Assembly (NCBI RefSeq): GCF_000315625.1
Contig: NW_005434671.1
Span: 1,165,170-1,229,169 of the forward strand
DNA: 64,000 nt
Direction: 5' to 3'
From: Guillardia theta CCMP2712
Taxonomy: Eukaryota; Protista; Cryptophyta
A program made the position numbers and the translations under genes. Numbering within the stretch: position 1 is the stretch's first letter; the number at the start of each line of letters is the position of its first letter. Below are positions 18,043 through 31,900 of this stretch, piece after piece. The notes under the pieces are model-generated. The model saw nothing but the letters and a program-made list of their open reading frames with translations. It was not told the origin of the DNA and ran no database searches.

Positions 18043-19315
18043 ATGTGGATGAAAAGATCCCACGTCCTGGGCCTGATGCTGTCGTGCTTGTCCATTCCCT
18101 GGATAGCTGGAGCTGAGCATCCTAGAAGCAAGAATCACAACTCCGCACGAGACAATAAGATTTGGGATGATGAGATCCCTGTAACTGGCTACAAAGTCGT
18201 CAGAAGGTATGAACACGATCAGCGTTCGTTCACACAGGGGTTAGAGTTCGATGGCGAGGACACAATGCTGGAAGGGACAGGACTCTATGGAAAATCTCTG
18301 CTTCGACGACTACGCTACAAGGACAGCAAGTTAGCACGTCTATTGCCGTCTTGCCATCTCTCTGAATCATTGGCAGGGTGCTTCAAGAAACTGCCCTGGA
18401 TGAGGATCTATTCGGAGAAGGGATCACGGTCTATCAGGATTTTATCGTTCAGTTGACATGGAAGGAGAATGTTGCGCTCGTCTACGACAAGAACTCTTTA
18501 GAGCGGAAAGGATCGTTTACCTATCCCTACGAAGGATGGTAACTTCAATCTGACTCCACCACTGGATGAACTTCTTGGCAGGGGAGCCGTCACAATGGGT
18601 GACTCGTTGATTACGACAGATGGGACCAACGTTTTAAGGTTCTGGAGTTACGGGCCAGACGGCTCCGGGCTCGAGCAAGAATGGACTGAAACCAAGTCTG
18701 TCAAGCTCGTGGACAAACATGGCAATGAAGCCAAAGATGTTGTTTGGAAGCGACCAGATGGTTTTGATGTTCCAGTGTTGTTTTGCGTGAAGTGACTTGG
18801 CAAGCACAGGTGTGGCGGTGAGGATTGCGATCCGGCTGAACGAGCTAGAGAATGTGGAGGGAGAACTTTGGGCAAACTTGTGGCCGACAGAGACAATCAT
18901 AAGAATTGATCCGAAGTCAGGAAGAATCTTGGTGAGCTCTGTGTTGAATCGATCCCTACCACTCTGCCCTGCTCATGTGAAGGATCAGGGCTGGGTTGAC
19001 CTCCGCGGACTTCGACGCGAGTGTGAGAAGATCGCTGGCCCAATGAAACAGCTTGACGTTCTCAACGGTATCGCCTTCCACAAGGGCTCGCAAGGGCGCA
19101 AGCTTATCGTCACAGGCAAGTGGTGGCCGCGCAGTTTTGAAATCGAGCTTATCGGAAGCTCTCCCACCTGTACGGCGAAGGACGGAGACTATAGACAAGA
19201 AGCTGCTTGTCATTCGCTTGCCTGGCCTCCCTCCAGGCATGCAGGATCCGGTGAAGTTTCCCTCTCCAACTCAATTTCTCGTCAAATTATCCCTGAGATG
19301 AACTTCGGGGATTGA
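18043..19315 (+). CDS. Glutaminyl-peptide cyclotransferase (plant/bacterial beta-propeller type), secreted
   Basis: HDQRSFTQGLEF, EGTGLYGKS, FGEGIT, QLTWKE, YEGWG, LNELE, DVLNGIA and VTGKWWP motifs; N-terminal signal peptide; short introns. Confidence 0.9.
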
Positions 19316-19559
19316 TGTAGTAACTCACTGAAGAAGATCGGAATATTAGGAGATGTTAATAGTAGACAACTTAATGTGATGGTAATGCAGATCAACCAAG
19401 GGCATGCTCTTGCTGCGATGCAAATGCCGTCACCTGTGAAATTTCTTGCTTAGGAAGATAATCGCATGCACTAAAATGAACGGCAAGGAACCTTGTCGTA
19501 ATCGCTCTTGATCTTGGCCTCTAATCTTTTCATCATCGCAATGGCTCGCTGCTTCTTCG

Positions 19560-20634
19560 TCAAACTGTTCTCCTGCGACCCAAGGATATCAAATCATCTG
19601 GCGCATCATGGATGGAGCTTACATGCAAGTCTTGAATGAACTTGGACACCTTCTTACTGTCCACCGCAGAATCCTTGTCTTCGTGCGATACTGAGCACGA
19701 CTCAACAGTGCAGTCCGGTTTCTTGTCTGCCTTGATCACGGACTTGGAATGTCTTGAAGTCTTCTGCACAGCTTGTTTCGGATTGATCGTAGTCTGCCTC
19801 TCATTACGCTTCTGGTCGCTCTGCAGAGTACCGCGTCCTTCCTGTTCACGAAGTTGATGAACATGCAGCATTTCGGTGCTGTCCTCGTCCTTCATTGCAG
19901 TGACTGGAAGAGCAATCACCTGAGCCTTGAGATCATCCCGATGTTTGACTTTCTTTTCCGTTTCCATCCCCGAAGAGTCCGAGCCTTCTTTCTTCACCTT
20001 GATCTGTCGTCGAGTGCCTGACTCGTGTCGCTCTACACCATGCCCTTGATTAAATTTCTCGAGATTGCGTTGCACATCTTTTAGTTTCAGTTTGAGCTCT
20101 TCCTCTTTCTTCTGAGAACTTTGTTTTAGCTCGTTCAGAGACTTCACAATTTCATCTTCTTTTTCCTCGGCAAAAAGTTTTACCTCCCCAGATTCTTCCT
20201 CTTTCAACAGTTCGGAGATTTGATTATTCCGATGCGAGTAGATGCTTCTAAGCTGGACCCCCAGCTTGTCAAGGCGTTGCATTGCTTTATGGTCAACAGC
20301 TCTCATCTTCTTGACGTATGAAATCTCAAGATGACTGAGTTCTTTCGCCCATTTGCTCTCAACAGACCTGATTCGGCCAGCCGCTTCACCATGTTTGCTC
20401 GTGGAATTGCTTCCACGCGGGCTGTAAGAGACAGAAGCCATGGCCATGCTTTGATCGCTTTGTTGAGATCTCGAACCGATTGGGTAAGTGTACAGCAAGA
20501 ACACGGTGGACGAGAGCATCAATGCAGCGAAACTAAATGCCAGCATCCGCGAGTCTCTCTTGCGTACAGTCTTCCGCACTTGACAAGCAGAGAAGTGAAC
20601 GGGACCGAAGGGAAAGTCGGGAGGATGCGCCATG
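19560..20634 (-). CDS. Hypothetical type II membrane protein with coiled coil
   Basis: Long intronless ORF; TM segment MLAFSFAALMLSSTVFLLY followed by a charged helical region. Confidence 0.55.
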
Positions 20635-21154
20635 ATAAGAGTCTGAAGGGATGAGATCGATTTGCAGCGCCTCGCTTCACCTACTCCCTTGCGTTCCCGC
20701 TTTCGGCGCCATAGTCGCCGAGCCGAGCACCGGAAAAAGAACAAAAAAGAAATCAAGAAAAAAGAATGTGTAAAATAAAAAAAGAATTGCAGGGACCGGT
20801 TTGTGAAACGTGGATTCATGTGCCTGCAGTAGGGTTGGGTGGTTAGATTCCACGGGGGTAGGGTGATTAATTTGAGGGGGTGGTATAGATTATGCCATAT
20901 GATTCAGCTCGTCATGCCTTCAGCGTCTCGATTCATTAAAAGGCTTAAAAGAGAAAATCGTGTATAGGGGAATCCCTTCGTACTCTTGGCGGGGGTATAG
21001 TTCATTTACAGGGTGGGATAAATCAGAGAAGGTAGGTAGTGACGATGGATGGGGTGGGGTTCACGGGGTGTGCAGGCGCATGGCGCTGAGGAATGAAATG
21101 TGTGAAGGGGGAGGAGGAAGGAGGGAGAAGGGAGAGGGAGCGAGGAAGGGAGAG

Positions 21155-21448
21155 AGAAGATGCAAGGGGAGGGGAAGAGGTAGAAGAGGAATATATGAAA
21201 CTTTAAAGGGAGAAAGAAGATGCAAGGAGAGGGGAAGAGGTAGAAGAGGAATATATGAAACTTTAAAGGGAGAAAGAAGATGCGAGGAGAGGGGAAGAGG
21301 TAGAAGAGGAATGTATGAAACTTTAAAGGGAGAAAGAAGATGCAAGGGGGGGGGAAGAGGTAGAAGAGGAATATATGAAACTTTAAAGGGAGAAAGAAGA
21401 TGCAAGGGGAGGGGAAGAGGTAGAAGAGGAATATATGAAACTTTAAAG
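21155..21448. repeat. 60-bp purine-rich minisatellite, ~5 copies
   Basis: agaagatgcaaggggaggggaagaggtagaagaggaatatatgaaactttaaagggagaa repeated in register on consecutive 60-nt lines. Confidence 0.95.
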
Positions 21449-21934
21449 GCATGTAAAGAGATAAAATTCAAGATACTCAAGATGAAATTGAGTTTTGCAG
21501 AAAATTGGGGAAGTGGAATACGCGGGAACTTGACCCTTTGAATAGAGACTTGGAAGAAGAGAGACATTTGGGATGGAGTAGAGTATGATAGCTAAGTAAG
21601 CCTGTAGGTCTTCTGCATGATGCAAGGAATGCATAAGTGGAGATGTATTATGCATTCAAAGGACAGGATGAGTTGTACTCCTTCAGTCAAAGTTGTGAGT
21701 TCTACAATGCACTCGTCTTCTCTCAAGCACTCCTCTTGTAACGGCCCTCCCATGAAGCATGGGACAAAAAGAGCACGAGAATTGTAGTAGAAGCAAGCGT
21801 CTCAGGAAGTGAACTGTACGATGATTTATCGAAAACTCTTATCTAGACAAAGCCACTTCACATTTAGTGTAAAACGTTTGAGGCAACCATGTCGATGCCC
21901 TCGAATCTGATCGTTTGGTGGTTGTATAGGGACC

Positions 21935-22528
21935 ATGGACATGAACTACTTGCAGCAAGATCCTCGCGTGGCGCGCGAGATGATCTCTCTCCTCGAAAGA
22001 CAGCTGGTGGAAATCAGAACAGCTGCTGAAGCCAATCCTAACGACTACAACGTGTATGCCAAGTGGGGAGAACTCTTGCTAGAGCTCTCGATGTTCAAGA
22101 ACGGAGATGAAGCCACACAGATCTTGTCTCAATGTATAAACAAGCTGGAGAAAAGTCTCAGCATCTTCCCTGATAATCCTCACCCGATGATAGTTCTTGC
22201 TTCAGCGCTCAATGCTCGCGCGTTCTTGCAGCACGACACTCAGGTGGCTCTTTCTCTGTTCGATCGATCCAAGAAGAATTTCGAGAGAGCGCTGGAGCTC
22301 GACCCCACCAACGATAAGTGCCGGCAGCTCCTTGAAGCCATGGAGAACGCGCCTGAGCTGCATCAACGTGTGGTTGCTCAGCTGCAGGCGGAAGGACAGT
22401 ACTCGAACAAGTCTGCTCCGACCGCGGGGAACGACGAGTGGTTCTATGATGCGTTGGGTTGGGGCATCTTGATCTTCGGAGGAATCTCAGTTTTGGCGAT
22501 CTTGAATATGAAGCAATCGGCTGCGTAA
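21935..22528 (+). CDS. TOM20: Plant-type mitochondrial import receptor TOM20 (TPR domain, C-terminal anchor)
   Basis: NPNDYNVYAKWGELLLELSMFK...KLEKSLSIFP...FERALELDPTND...APELH, with tail anchor WFYDALGWGILIFGGISVL. Confidence 0.85.
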   Translation: MDMNYLQQDPRVAREMISLLERQLVEIRTAAEANPNDYNVYAKWGELLLELSMFKNGDEATQILSQCINKLEKSLSIFPDNPHPMIVLASALNARAFLQHDTQVALSLFDRSKKNFERALELDPTNDKCRQLLEAMENAPELHQRVVAQLQAEGQYSNKSAPTAGNDEWFYDALGWGILIFGGISVLAILNMKQSAA

Positions 22529-22662
22529 TGGAATGACTAGTTTGGGAATAAAAACCCATTCCTTGCATGATTTTATTACACATACGCGCAATTCAACTTA
22601 TCAAGAACTATCAAAATCTATTGAGACATTAAGATTACATTGCTGTTATGATCTCTTCGTCC

Positions 22663-24377
22663 TCACAACATTATCATCCAACTGCGCTGAGACTTTGAGC
22701 TTGGAATGATCATTTCGCGAACAAGAATTGCCTCGCGCTCGTCGCCAGGATCTTTGTAGGATATCTTCTCTGAAGCGCGCATCTCGTTAGAGATCTCAGT
22801 GCCTTCATCGTCTTCTTCGTCTATCTTCGAGAGCTTGTTTCCCTGAGCAAGGGCTGCTGAGACATGATCGACCCGCAGACATTCCTCGCTGGGTTCTTGC
22901 AGGACTGGTCCAGGAGTGGGGTCTGACGTGTCAGGGATTCGAGCTTCCCTCTCTTGCACTCGATCGTCTTTGAAGAACCTTGAGAAGGAGTCCAGAAGAG
23001 TCCCCAGCAGCGATTTTCCCGGTTCGTCCTGGAGCTCTGAAGGATGTTCAGCCGGTATCTGGCGATCCATGGGAGATTCGTGATCTTCGAGGTCTCCAGG
23101 TGACTGAAGCTGCGAGATCAGTGCTTGGTTGACGTCCGTGAAAAGGTTCTTGCAGTTGTTTTCTTGTTGCTTCACATAGAACAAGATGGCTTTGCGGTCT
23201 ATGCTCCGTTGATGAATCGCCTTTCCGACAAGGGACCTCAGTGCCTCTGCATCGAACGAGTTGAGATCCAGATTCTGCTGCAGAGGGTCGCGCTCGAAAG
23301 TCTTCTTCAAGAAGTCAAGAGATGACGAATTTCTGAAGCATAGCTGATCTAGCTTTTGACTGATTTGCACGTTCAGCATCAACAGTTGTTCGATTGCACT
23401 CTTCTGATCGTCGAGCTTTTGTTGAACCTCATTGAGGTGCTCAGTTGTGGTACTGAAGCTGTTTGTAGCCCATGCCCTTGCGTTCTCACATGTCACCAAT
23501 CTCTGCGTGAGTTTCATCGTAGAGTTGAGGTATTGTCTCCTTGTGTCTTTCAGTTCCTCGTTCAAAGCGAAGATGACAAGGTTTTGTTGTTCTACTTCCT
23601 CCTTTGCATTGCTGTACATGGCCTCCAGCTCTTCGTTAAGACTAAGAAGGTTCGCGTGTTGCTTTCTGAGATTCTCATATAGGTAAGACAAGACGTCATC
23701 ATTCTTCATGCTCTCATCCCTTTCTCTGACATCCTTGTCTGCTTTCGAGATTGCTTCAAGATTTTCAAATTGCTTCACGAGTCCTTTGACATACTCATCT
23801 CGTGAAAGCATATATCCCTCGAAATGCTCTGCAGGTTTGTCACATGGTGACAATGACATGATGGTGACTTACGTATCTTCTGGGTCGCATTCTTGATGAT
23901 GTTTATCATCGCTTCGTGATCTCCCTGCTAATGCTATCAACGTCCAGCTCGTCATGTCAGTGTCTGCGTCACCTGAAGCCAGAGTTGACCTTGTAACTGC
24001 TCTAGCTCCCTTGCCAGTTTGCAGAGAGAACTCTGCTTCACGTTTAACTCCGTGTCGTATTCTTGGATCTTCACTTCCTGTTCCTTTAGCTTTTTTTCGA
24101 GATTCTCGATAATCTTATCCGATTCCATGGAGCGCTGCCTTGCTTGGTTTGTACACGCAAAGATGTAGTCTAGACAGGTTTCCATCTCATCTAATTGCTT
24201 CTGAATCATCATCTTCACAACAGCAACCGTGTTCTGTGTCATCCCACACGTTTCATGACCTTCATCACACACAAGCTTAACCACAAACTGATCGAAAGTC
24301 TCCCTGGTGACTTCCAGACTCTCTTTGCACTTGTCCACGGCAGCAAGCGCCTGAGAACTTAAGGCCTCGCAAGACAT
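22663..24377 (-). CDS. Hypothetical coiled-coil protein (at least 2 exons)
   Basis: ORFs 23952-24377 and 22663-23859 on the same strand, both heptad-rich. Confidence 0.55.
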
Positions 24378-24723
24378 CTGAGGGAAAGGTACCCGTCAGC
24401 CAAAAACTTGTGAAAAATGCAAAAGTTGATTTGCTTTGAATATCTGGATTTCTTCGACCGTTTCCACTTTCTTACAGTCTCCTTCCCATTTCCGTCTTTG
24501 CACACTATCTACTCTGCTCCCTCATCTCTCCCTAACCCTTGTTTGATCCTCTTACTCCTCCTCTTCTTTCCCATCCTCCTCCTCCTCCTCCTCCGCCTCT
24601 ACCACAACCATCATCTCCTCCTCCACCTCCTCCTCCTCCTCCTCCTCTACCACAACCATCATCTCTTCCTCCTCCTCCTCCTCCTCCACCTCCACCTCCT
24701 CCTCCTTTTCGACGACCGCCAGC

Positions 24724-24823
24724 NNNNNNNNNNNNNNNNNNNNNNNNNNNNNNNNNNNNNNNNNNNNNNNNNNNNNNNNNNNNNNNNNNNNNNNNNNNNN
24801 NNNNNNNNNNNNNNNNNNNNNNN
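24724..24823. other. Assembly gap (100 N) next to CCT-rich low-complexity sequence
   Basis: Run of N. Confidence 1.
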
Positions 24824-25297
24824 CTCCTCCTCCCTTCCTCGTTTCCCATCAACTGTCTGCCATGGTCGGTCTTCCCATGCGTATCTCCTCAGTAACTAGT
24901 TACTGCTGGTACCTTGTGTCGGGACACCCACGGGGGCCGTAAATGTCCTTGGCGTGGGGGTAGGAGAAGGTTGGAAGGGGGGGTACTACGGTAGGGGTTC
25001 GGGGTCCACGCCGAGGGGTCACGGTATGGCCAACAAAGTGATGAGTAAAATTTTGGGCCCAGGATCTCACTGACGGTTACGCCGGGCGCGGCCCGGCCCC
25101 GGTGCCCGGGGCCGGGGCTCCGACGGTTCCGAGTTTGGTTGGACCGTACCGTTCACTGAGTGGCTGCCCCGTCACCCCGCTGGGCCTCGCACGGTGTTCG
25201 TGCGGCAGTCACTGCCAGTGGCAACCGTTGTACGTTTTGAATACTGAGCAGGCGCCGCAGGTGTCTCAGTGCAATGATCGTCAGCTCTACTTCAGCC

Positions 25298-27621
25298 TCA
25301 TACTTCTTTACTCGCATGGCCTCTAGAGCTGCGCGAAGTTGACGTAGCGTAGACTTCCAGCGGTCCCTTCACTAACACCATCACCTCCGCCTTGATCGCT
25401 TCCGAGGCTGGGATGTCGAAGCGAAGTAGAAGCCCCTGGCAGTGGATCTCAGTGACTGACTTCTCATCAGGTCAGGGCAAAGAGGCGAACCTTCGAGTGA
25501 GCAAGAGACTTTCCTTCAGCGTTTCCAGAGTGAACAGCAAGGGGAGCAATGAGAACACTGCCATCGTCCTGCTTGACTAGCTCATGTCCTCGTATCAGAG
25601 CCTCTTTGGCCTCTTGCAGACTGCAACAAGGTCAACTGTATGCAACTCTCCTCCCCTCTCACCTGTTGAAGGCCCTTTGAGCCTCTTCAAATCGATCCGC
25701 ATGTTTGTCCGGGTGCACCCTGAGCGAACATTTGCTGCCAGACTCCCGTCAGCAACTTCTTGCTTCGACGCACATGACAGGAATGAACCGAAACTGTCGC
25801 TCAATCGCGGCATGACTTGGTCCCCCTTCCAACAGCAGAGCTTGCAGCTCGATGTAGCTTGCAGAAAGCGCACCATCCTGAATTGCGATACCTTGAGATA
25901 CCTTCTATGCATGGACAGGGGCTTACAAGAGAGATGTTTGTGTTTTCCTTTGGCCTGTCTGCCTCAATTCGAGCTGCTAGAGCTTCATAAAGCTGTAGAA
26001 ACATCAGAAATAGATGGAGATTGGAAGAGGTCACCTCATCCAGGTAAACTTTCGATCTGTGTAGAACGTCTACTATCACCACGACGCTCCCAACCTTGAG
26101 CTGAACAGCAGAGAATGATTGGGAGCCTTCCTCTCTCCTCCCCTTTCATTACCTGACTAATGATGTCTTGATAGAATGCGTATCCTGCGTTCCTATCCTT
26201 CTCCTGCCAGACAATGTTTTCAGCAGAGCGTAGAGCACAACAAACCAAGAACAACCTGAGCCTCGAACACACAGTAGCTGAAGATCACAAGGCTGGGAGG
26301 ATCGACATCTTCGCCGAAGACAGCTTCCCAACCCTTCATATTGGGACCCTTCCAGTCTTCGAATTTGAACTGCATGTCGGAGTACTTCAAAACCTGCTGA
26401 CAATCCGCCTCGTCTTGGTGCTTCTCGTTCGTTTCTTCATTCGAAACGTTCTGAGTCAAGTTCTCCTGATCTTCACTGTTGCTCTGTACAGAATTTACAA
26501 TGTTCTCGATGTTGTCCATGATGTCAGCTTTGCTCGTGAGAGCGTCTTTGCTACATCTCATGTCATCATCTTTCAAAGACAGCTCTTTCAAAACCTGAAT
26601 CTTGCGTTCACATCTACGGTTTCAAGGTTCATGAATACTGCAGGCATGAGTTTCGCTCCCTCAAGCAAACTCTTGAGCTGCGGCAAAACCTTTCTCCATC
26701 GCTTCGTGCTAAGGAGCGCAAAGTCAGAAGACCTCATGATACATACAACATGTCACAAGTTACCCGTCTGTATCCAAGATTGTACAAAACATTGTGCGAC
26801 TGCTCATAAAAAGTTTGGAGATCCAAAGGAGAGCTGCTGGCTCAGATCCTCCTCCATTCCCCACAACTAGAGTACGAAGAGGGGGCATGATAGCCTCCTC
26901 TGCATTCGGTTCCTTGAGCTCGATGTTCAGCAACCGTGTTAAGGACTCTTTGCACTGTTGGATTTCAGGATCGTTCTTCTCACGGTTGGAAGAAAAGATG
27001 TGCTGGAAGATGCTGACAATGGCCTTGGACCAAGAGTCAAAACAGCATCGAAAGAATTCCGACAGACCTGCCCTCTCCGTTCAAACTTTTGCGATACAAA
27101 ACTTCTCTGCAACTGAGAAATTTCTTCTTCCTCGGAATTCCTCTTCTTGGTTTTACTTTGCTCCATAGCAAACAGATACGCAACACGAGTGCGGTCGAAC
27201 CATTCAAAGACTTCTTCTGGGAGCATCTCCTCCTGTTCTTTCCCACGCTGTGATCTCTTCTGACGAAACTCAACATTCGCCTGTGATTGAAGAATGAATC
27301 CGCATTTGTCGACTTTCCATCCTGCTTACCTGCAGAGTCTCTATCCTCTTCTTCTCTTCCCATTGCAGCTCTTTTGGAGACAAGCCGCTCTTTTTTGACT
27401 CCTGTTTCCATGCGGGCTGAGGCTTCCTTGGCATTTTCAACCCTTGCCACTTTCGGAGACAACAACTTTGCCACTTTTCTCGCTATCCAGCTGTTCTTTC
27501 CTTCACTGCCCGCCTCCACCAGCACAAACCTATCCTGACTCTCTTACGCTTCCTGTGTTTCTGCTCCTACTCTCCTTTCCTTGCCCTCCTTCCCTGCCAC
27601 TCACGCCGCCCCTCCTCGCAT
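25298..27621 (-). CDS. Hypothetical multi-exon protein
   Basis: Chain of minus-strand ORF segments (27037-27525, 26939-27226, 26220-26591, 26036-26272, 25595-25912) with splice-like junctions; no domain recognised. Confidence 0.4.
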
Positions 27622-28234
27622 GACGCACGTGAAGTGCATGGAGTGTCGACCGTTATGTGAGGAATGTTCTACAATAACGATATGCAACCACTGTACAGCG
27701 ATGTAACGGTACATAACGACCCATAAATGTAACTGCCCGTGTCCTCATCCCCCCTCGTTCACTTGCCTCTTTGTGGTGCCCCCTGAGTACCCCCACCCCC
27801 ACATGTAAATCTATGACGACCAAATACCCTGTGTCTTGACCGTCATTCTTGCTAAGATGTACCCGTATATCTATACCCCTACCCCCATTAAATCCTGCAG
27901 GCTTGCCTCCTGCGTTCACCAGAAGTCGCCATGGTGTTGATCGACGTGGAGGAGCGAGGTGAGGGGAGGAGGTGGAACGCGAGGAGGAGGCCGAGGAGAG
28001 GAGGGGAAGAGAGCAAGAATATGGGAGCGGGAAGGTTAATGATAGAATGTAGAGAAGTCTAGTGACCTCGTGGAAGGCACCGAACAAGAAGGTGTCAGGG
28101 AATGGTGATTTGCTGTTCTTCTCAGATATTGGGATGGTCAAAGGGCATATGGAATTAGCGGAGAGTGTGACTGAGCAGATGAATGAATAAGAGAGAGAGG
28201 AGAGAGGAGAACAAGGGCATCGAAAGTTATACTG

Positions 28235-28787
28235 ATGACTCCAAATGCAGAATCGTACGGGACTTTTTCAGACGATGACATAGCTGGACTGAGGAGCGAG
28301 GCGTCTCAAAGAGAGGTGACTCTCACTCTTCCTGCATGCTATGAAAGTGACTGCATGTTGATAGATCGCGCGCTCCAACCCCCGCTTCATCGAAGAGCAC
28401 GAGAAACCTTTTCACTTGCCATGGTTCACCAAGATTATGATCGGCATCGCCGTGCTGGGATTCATGTGCATCGGAACTCTCCTCCTCACCGCATTCTTCT
28501 CCGGCAAGTTGGGCATGATGTCTGTGACGCGAGGAGATCTAGCGAAGTTGGCGACCATCTCTGGTGTGCCAGGAGTGCGCAAGTCGAAGCTGCTCAAGGC
28601 GGCTCTGAGCGAAGGGAAGTACTGTGAAGAGCATCCTCACTCCAAGGAGTGCCAGGAGCTGAATACGAGCGTGTACGGGACGAGGATCCCCAAGGGAAGG
28701 ATCAAGAAGACTGTGTTCAAGGGGCTCATCGACTACAACAAGATCAAGAAGATCCCCAGCATTGCTGGTGACTCTCTTGCAAGATAA
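28235..28787 (+). CDS. Small single-TM hypothetical protein (multi-exon; ends approximate)
   Basis: AESYGTFSDDD exon, then TM segment IMIGIAVLGFMCIGTLLLTAFFS. Confidence 0.5.
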
Positions 28788-28983
28788 GAAAGAGAACTTG
28801 ACATCTTGCCCGTGGGGGTTGTGCGGTTCATGTGGAGATGGTGACGAAAGCTATACACGCGTTTTGAAACATTTTTGGACCTCATTTGGACGTGTGAATT
28901 ACTAGTTTGATCCTAACCTTAAAGTGCATCGTAAAACTTCCTCCTCCTCCCCTTCATGCTTGTCTTATTCGCTGCCTTCTTTG

Positions 28984-31900
28984 TCACACCTCTCCTGTTC
29001 CTGTTGTGCTCGTGAGCTTGATGTGCGGTAGGTACCCACCTGCTGCATAGCTCTCCAGCATAGCTTTCAATCGAGTCAGGTTGACTAATACTTGGGTTCC
29101 ATGCTCAAGCTTTGGCTGATAGTAGAGAGACGGTAGATGAGAATTCAAGGTCTCCTCTCCTCGTAGATACTGCTGCCCTGCAGTGCGATATAAATCTCCG
29201 AAGGCTTCATTGGTTGACATACAAGCAGGGAGTGATCGCTGACAGGAAGCGAGAGAGAAGGCTGCCAAGCTCGCAAGTCGGGCTTTGATCCAGCGACAGA
29301 GTCCCTGCAGCCATCTGGAAGTGAGACAACGAAAGCAGCAGTCAGGTGAGGAGGAACATTAAAGGTCTCGGCAGGAGGGAGGAGCGGTCCTCCAAGTTTG
29401 AGCTCTGCTACCCCTCAGCCATGTCCCAGCATCCGAAAGATTTCACCTCATCCTCCTGTGCTGTTTCACCGACGTACCCGCGCATGCCTTGCTCAACCGG
29501 ATCCTGCAGGCAGAGATCGACATGCCTCACTTGCCATGAGCTCCCAGCATGTGGGCAAGGAAGAGGCGGAGGAGAAAGCAGAGGAAAGGGCATCGAGACT
29601 CCAATGCTCTGCAGTACGCAGGCTGCAATCCACCAATCGAACCAGCGTCTCACGCGTCTGAGGACAGCATTAGGGAGCAAAAGAGAAGGAGAGGATGAAG
29701 CAGGGGTCGGCAAGAAGAGAGAAAGGAGAGAAAGGAGAGAAAGGAGAGATGAGTAGGTGAAGAGACTAAGGCAACCTCAGCCGGACCCTTGTGAAGGAGG
29801 TATAAGACTTGAGGACGAAAGATTGACTGGCTTCTTGTGTGTAGAGTAGCTTCTGGCATGCGACAAGAGAAGAGTGCCAACGGAAGAAGAATCTCATGAT
29901 GAGGAGTTTGGTCTTTTGTATCATGATCTGCATGTCAATCAGCGAACATTAGCTGAGAAGACTCTTTCTTTGACATATTCGATATGAACTCTCAAGATTG
30001 CTCGATTGGATGTTGAGAGTGACCAGAATTGAAACAAGTCCTTTGTCAACCTTTTCGTCCAGGCACGCTGCCTGTGAACAACATTTCAACTTGCAGCCCT
30101 CAGCATGTTTCCTTTCGCAAGACCTCTGAGATGCGATCTTTGATGACCGTTGTATTTCCCCAGTCTTGATTTTCCAAGATGCAAGTGCTCTCCACCGCGT
30201 CTTCGTCTCTTTTCTGCGGAGCAAATTCTCGATCTTCGCCCTCAGCTCGTACCTTGTCGAGATCTGAGAATTGTTGTCAAGCTATCAGATTTTGGCTCAT
30301 CTTCTACAGTTGCACCATATCGTCCCATCTCCTGAAGGCGGCTCGTTGATGCTTCTGGTTGCGCCTTTTACGATGAACTGAAAGGACCTGCAGCATGATC
30401 AGGAGGAAACTAGAAATGTGAGCAAAAATGACCATCTCTCGGCATGACGACCCGACAATCCACTTTCGAAGGATCTTTGAGAGATTCATCTTCATCTACG
30501 CAACACAGTCAACCTCATTCGTGGAGTTTTCTTCAATCAATCTCACTTGCAGACTTTCAAACTCTTGTGCTCTGCTTGCTTCCGTCTCTCTTCTCCAGAT
30601 ACAGAGATGTCGGCTGAGATTCTTCTTTTCGCGCGTATTCTCATGTCGTTTCAACAACTTCATCCTGTTTAGCAAGGTTTTCATGCGAGCGAAGAAGGTG
30701 GATTTCAATCTTTGAGATTCCATCCAAGTGTAGACTTGCCGACATCGATCTGTCATGTTGCTAGGACGGGCACGAGGTCCACGTGAGAATTTAAGAAGCG
30801 ACTGTACGAGAACACGAGATGTGATCTCCAATTCCCGATTGCTGTTGTTACTTGCCTTGCACATGATGTCAGCAATAAGATTCCATTCCCTCACTGCTGA
30901 AAACAACAAAAGTGTTTGAGCCGATCTCTCTCTCTTTCTCCTCATTGCCTTCCATTTTATCCACGCATGTCTGAAAAGCCTATAGGAAACCAGGTAAGAA
31001 ATGTTGTAGAAATGACTCTGGAGGCCTCGTTTTCGTTCAGCATATTTCTGCCACCTGAAGAATGATGTCTGGAACGAACTTATCAAACGCACATATCAGC
31101 TGGAGAGGTTACCTCTGCTGTAAGATGTTTACGAACAAGACCAGACTCCAACGAGATTCCCCACCTACAAAACTTTCTTCAGGACAAATATGTTGCCATA
31201 TCACGATAGCTCTTCATTCCTGGATCGCAGCTCTGCCATTCTGTGGCATTCTAACACGAAGTGAGACAGTAAATGCACACTGGAGATGTGTTGTTGAATC
31301 TTCTCCTTCAAGACATGCACTCGTTTGAACTGTTGGGGATTGGTTCGTACTTCACTTTTCACTTGGAACTACCGAGATCGGTGAGAGAGGTGTCACAGAG
31401 AAAAGCAATCACCATCTGAATCTTGTCTATATGGCCCAGCCCCTGATCATACAAGTTGGACATAACCTTTCCTCTTTGTTCTTGTGAAATGATCCGTTTC
31501 ACATCTTGAAGATCCTGAAAGCTGCATTGTTACACCTCCTCGAAGAGATGTCACGTACCGACACATCATGTCTTCTTGCTGCATCCAATGATTCTTCCAT
31601 CGTCATCAAAGCGGTATGAATCGAGCTTTGCAAATCTTTGATCATAGAGCTCAACTCCAGCACATCTTCAATTTCATTGATGCTCTTGTGGACAGCGTTG
31701 GACTGAAGACTTTCAACGAATTCAGAGCGCTGACACTCGAATGAGTCATACATCTGCGACAGCTGAGCACGCAGATCTGCTTGGCTCGACGCTAAAGCTA
31801 TCAACTCTGATCCCATGAATTCCTCAAAGTCTCTCCCATGAGCGGGCTGACCATTCTTCATCTCCAGCTCTGGTATAGGCCCAGCTGGCAGGCGCTTCAA

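Noticed and set aside
20960-21567. Repeat-protein ORFs on both strands
   Set aside because: Produced by the 60-bp minisatellite; no independent coding evidence
28984-29713. Separate 2OG-Fe(II) oxygenase gene (RGY motif)
   Set aside because: No HxD...H motif seen; the exons continue the upstream Sfi1-like gene
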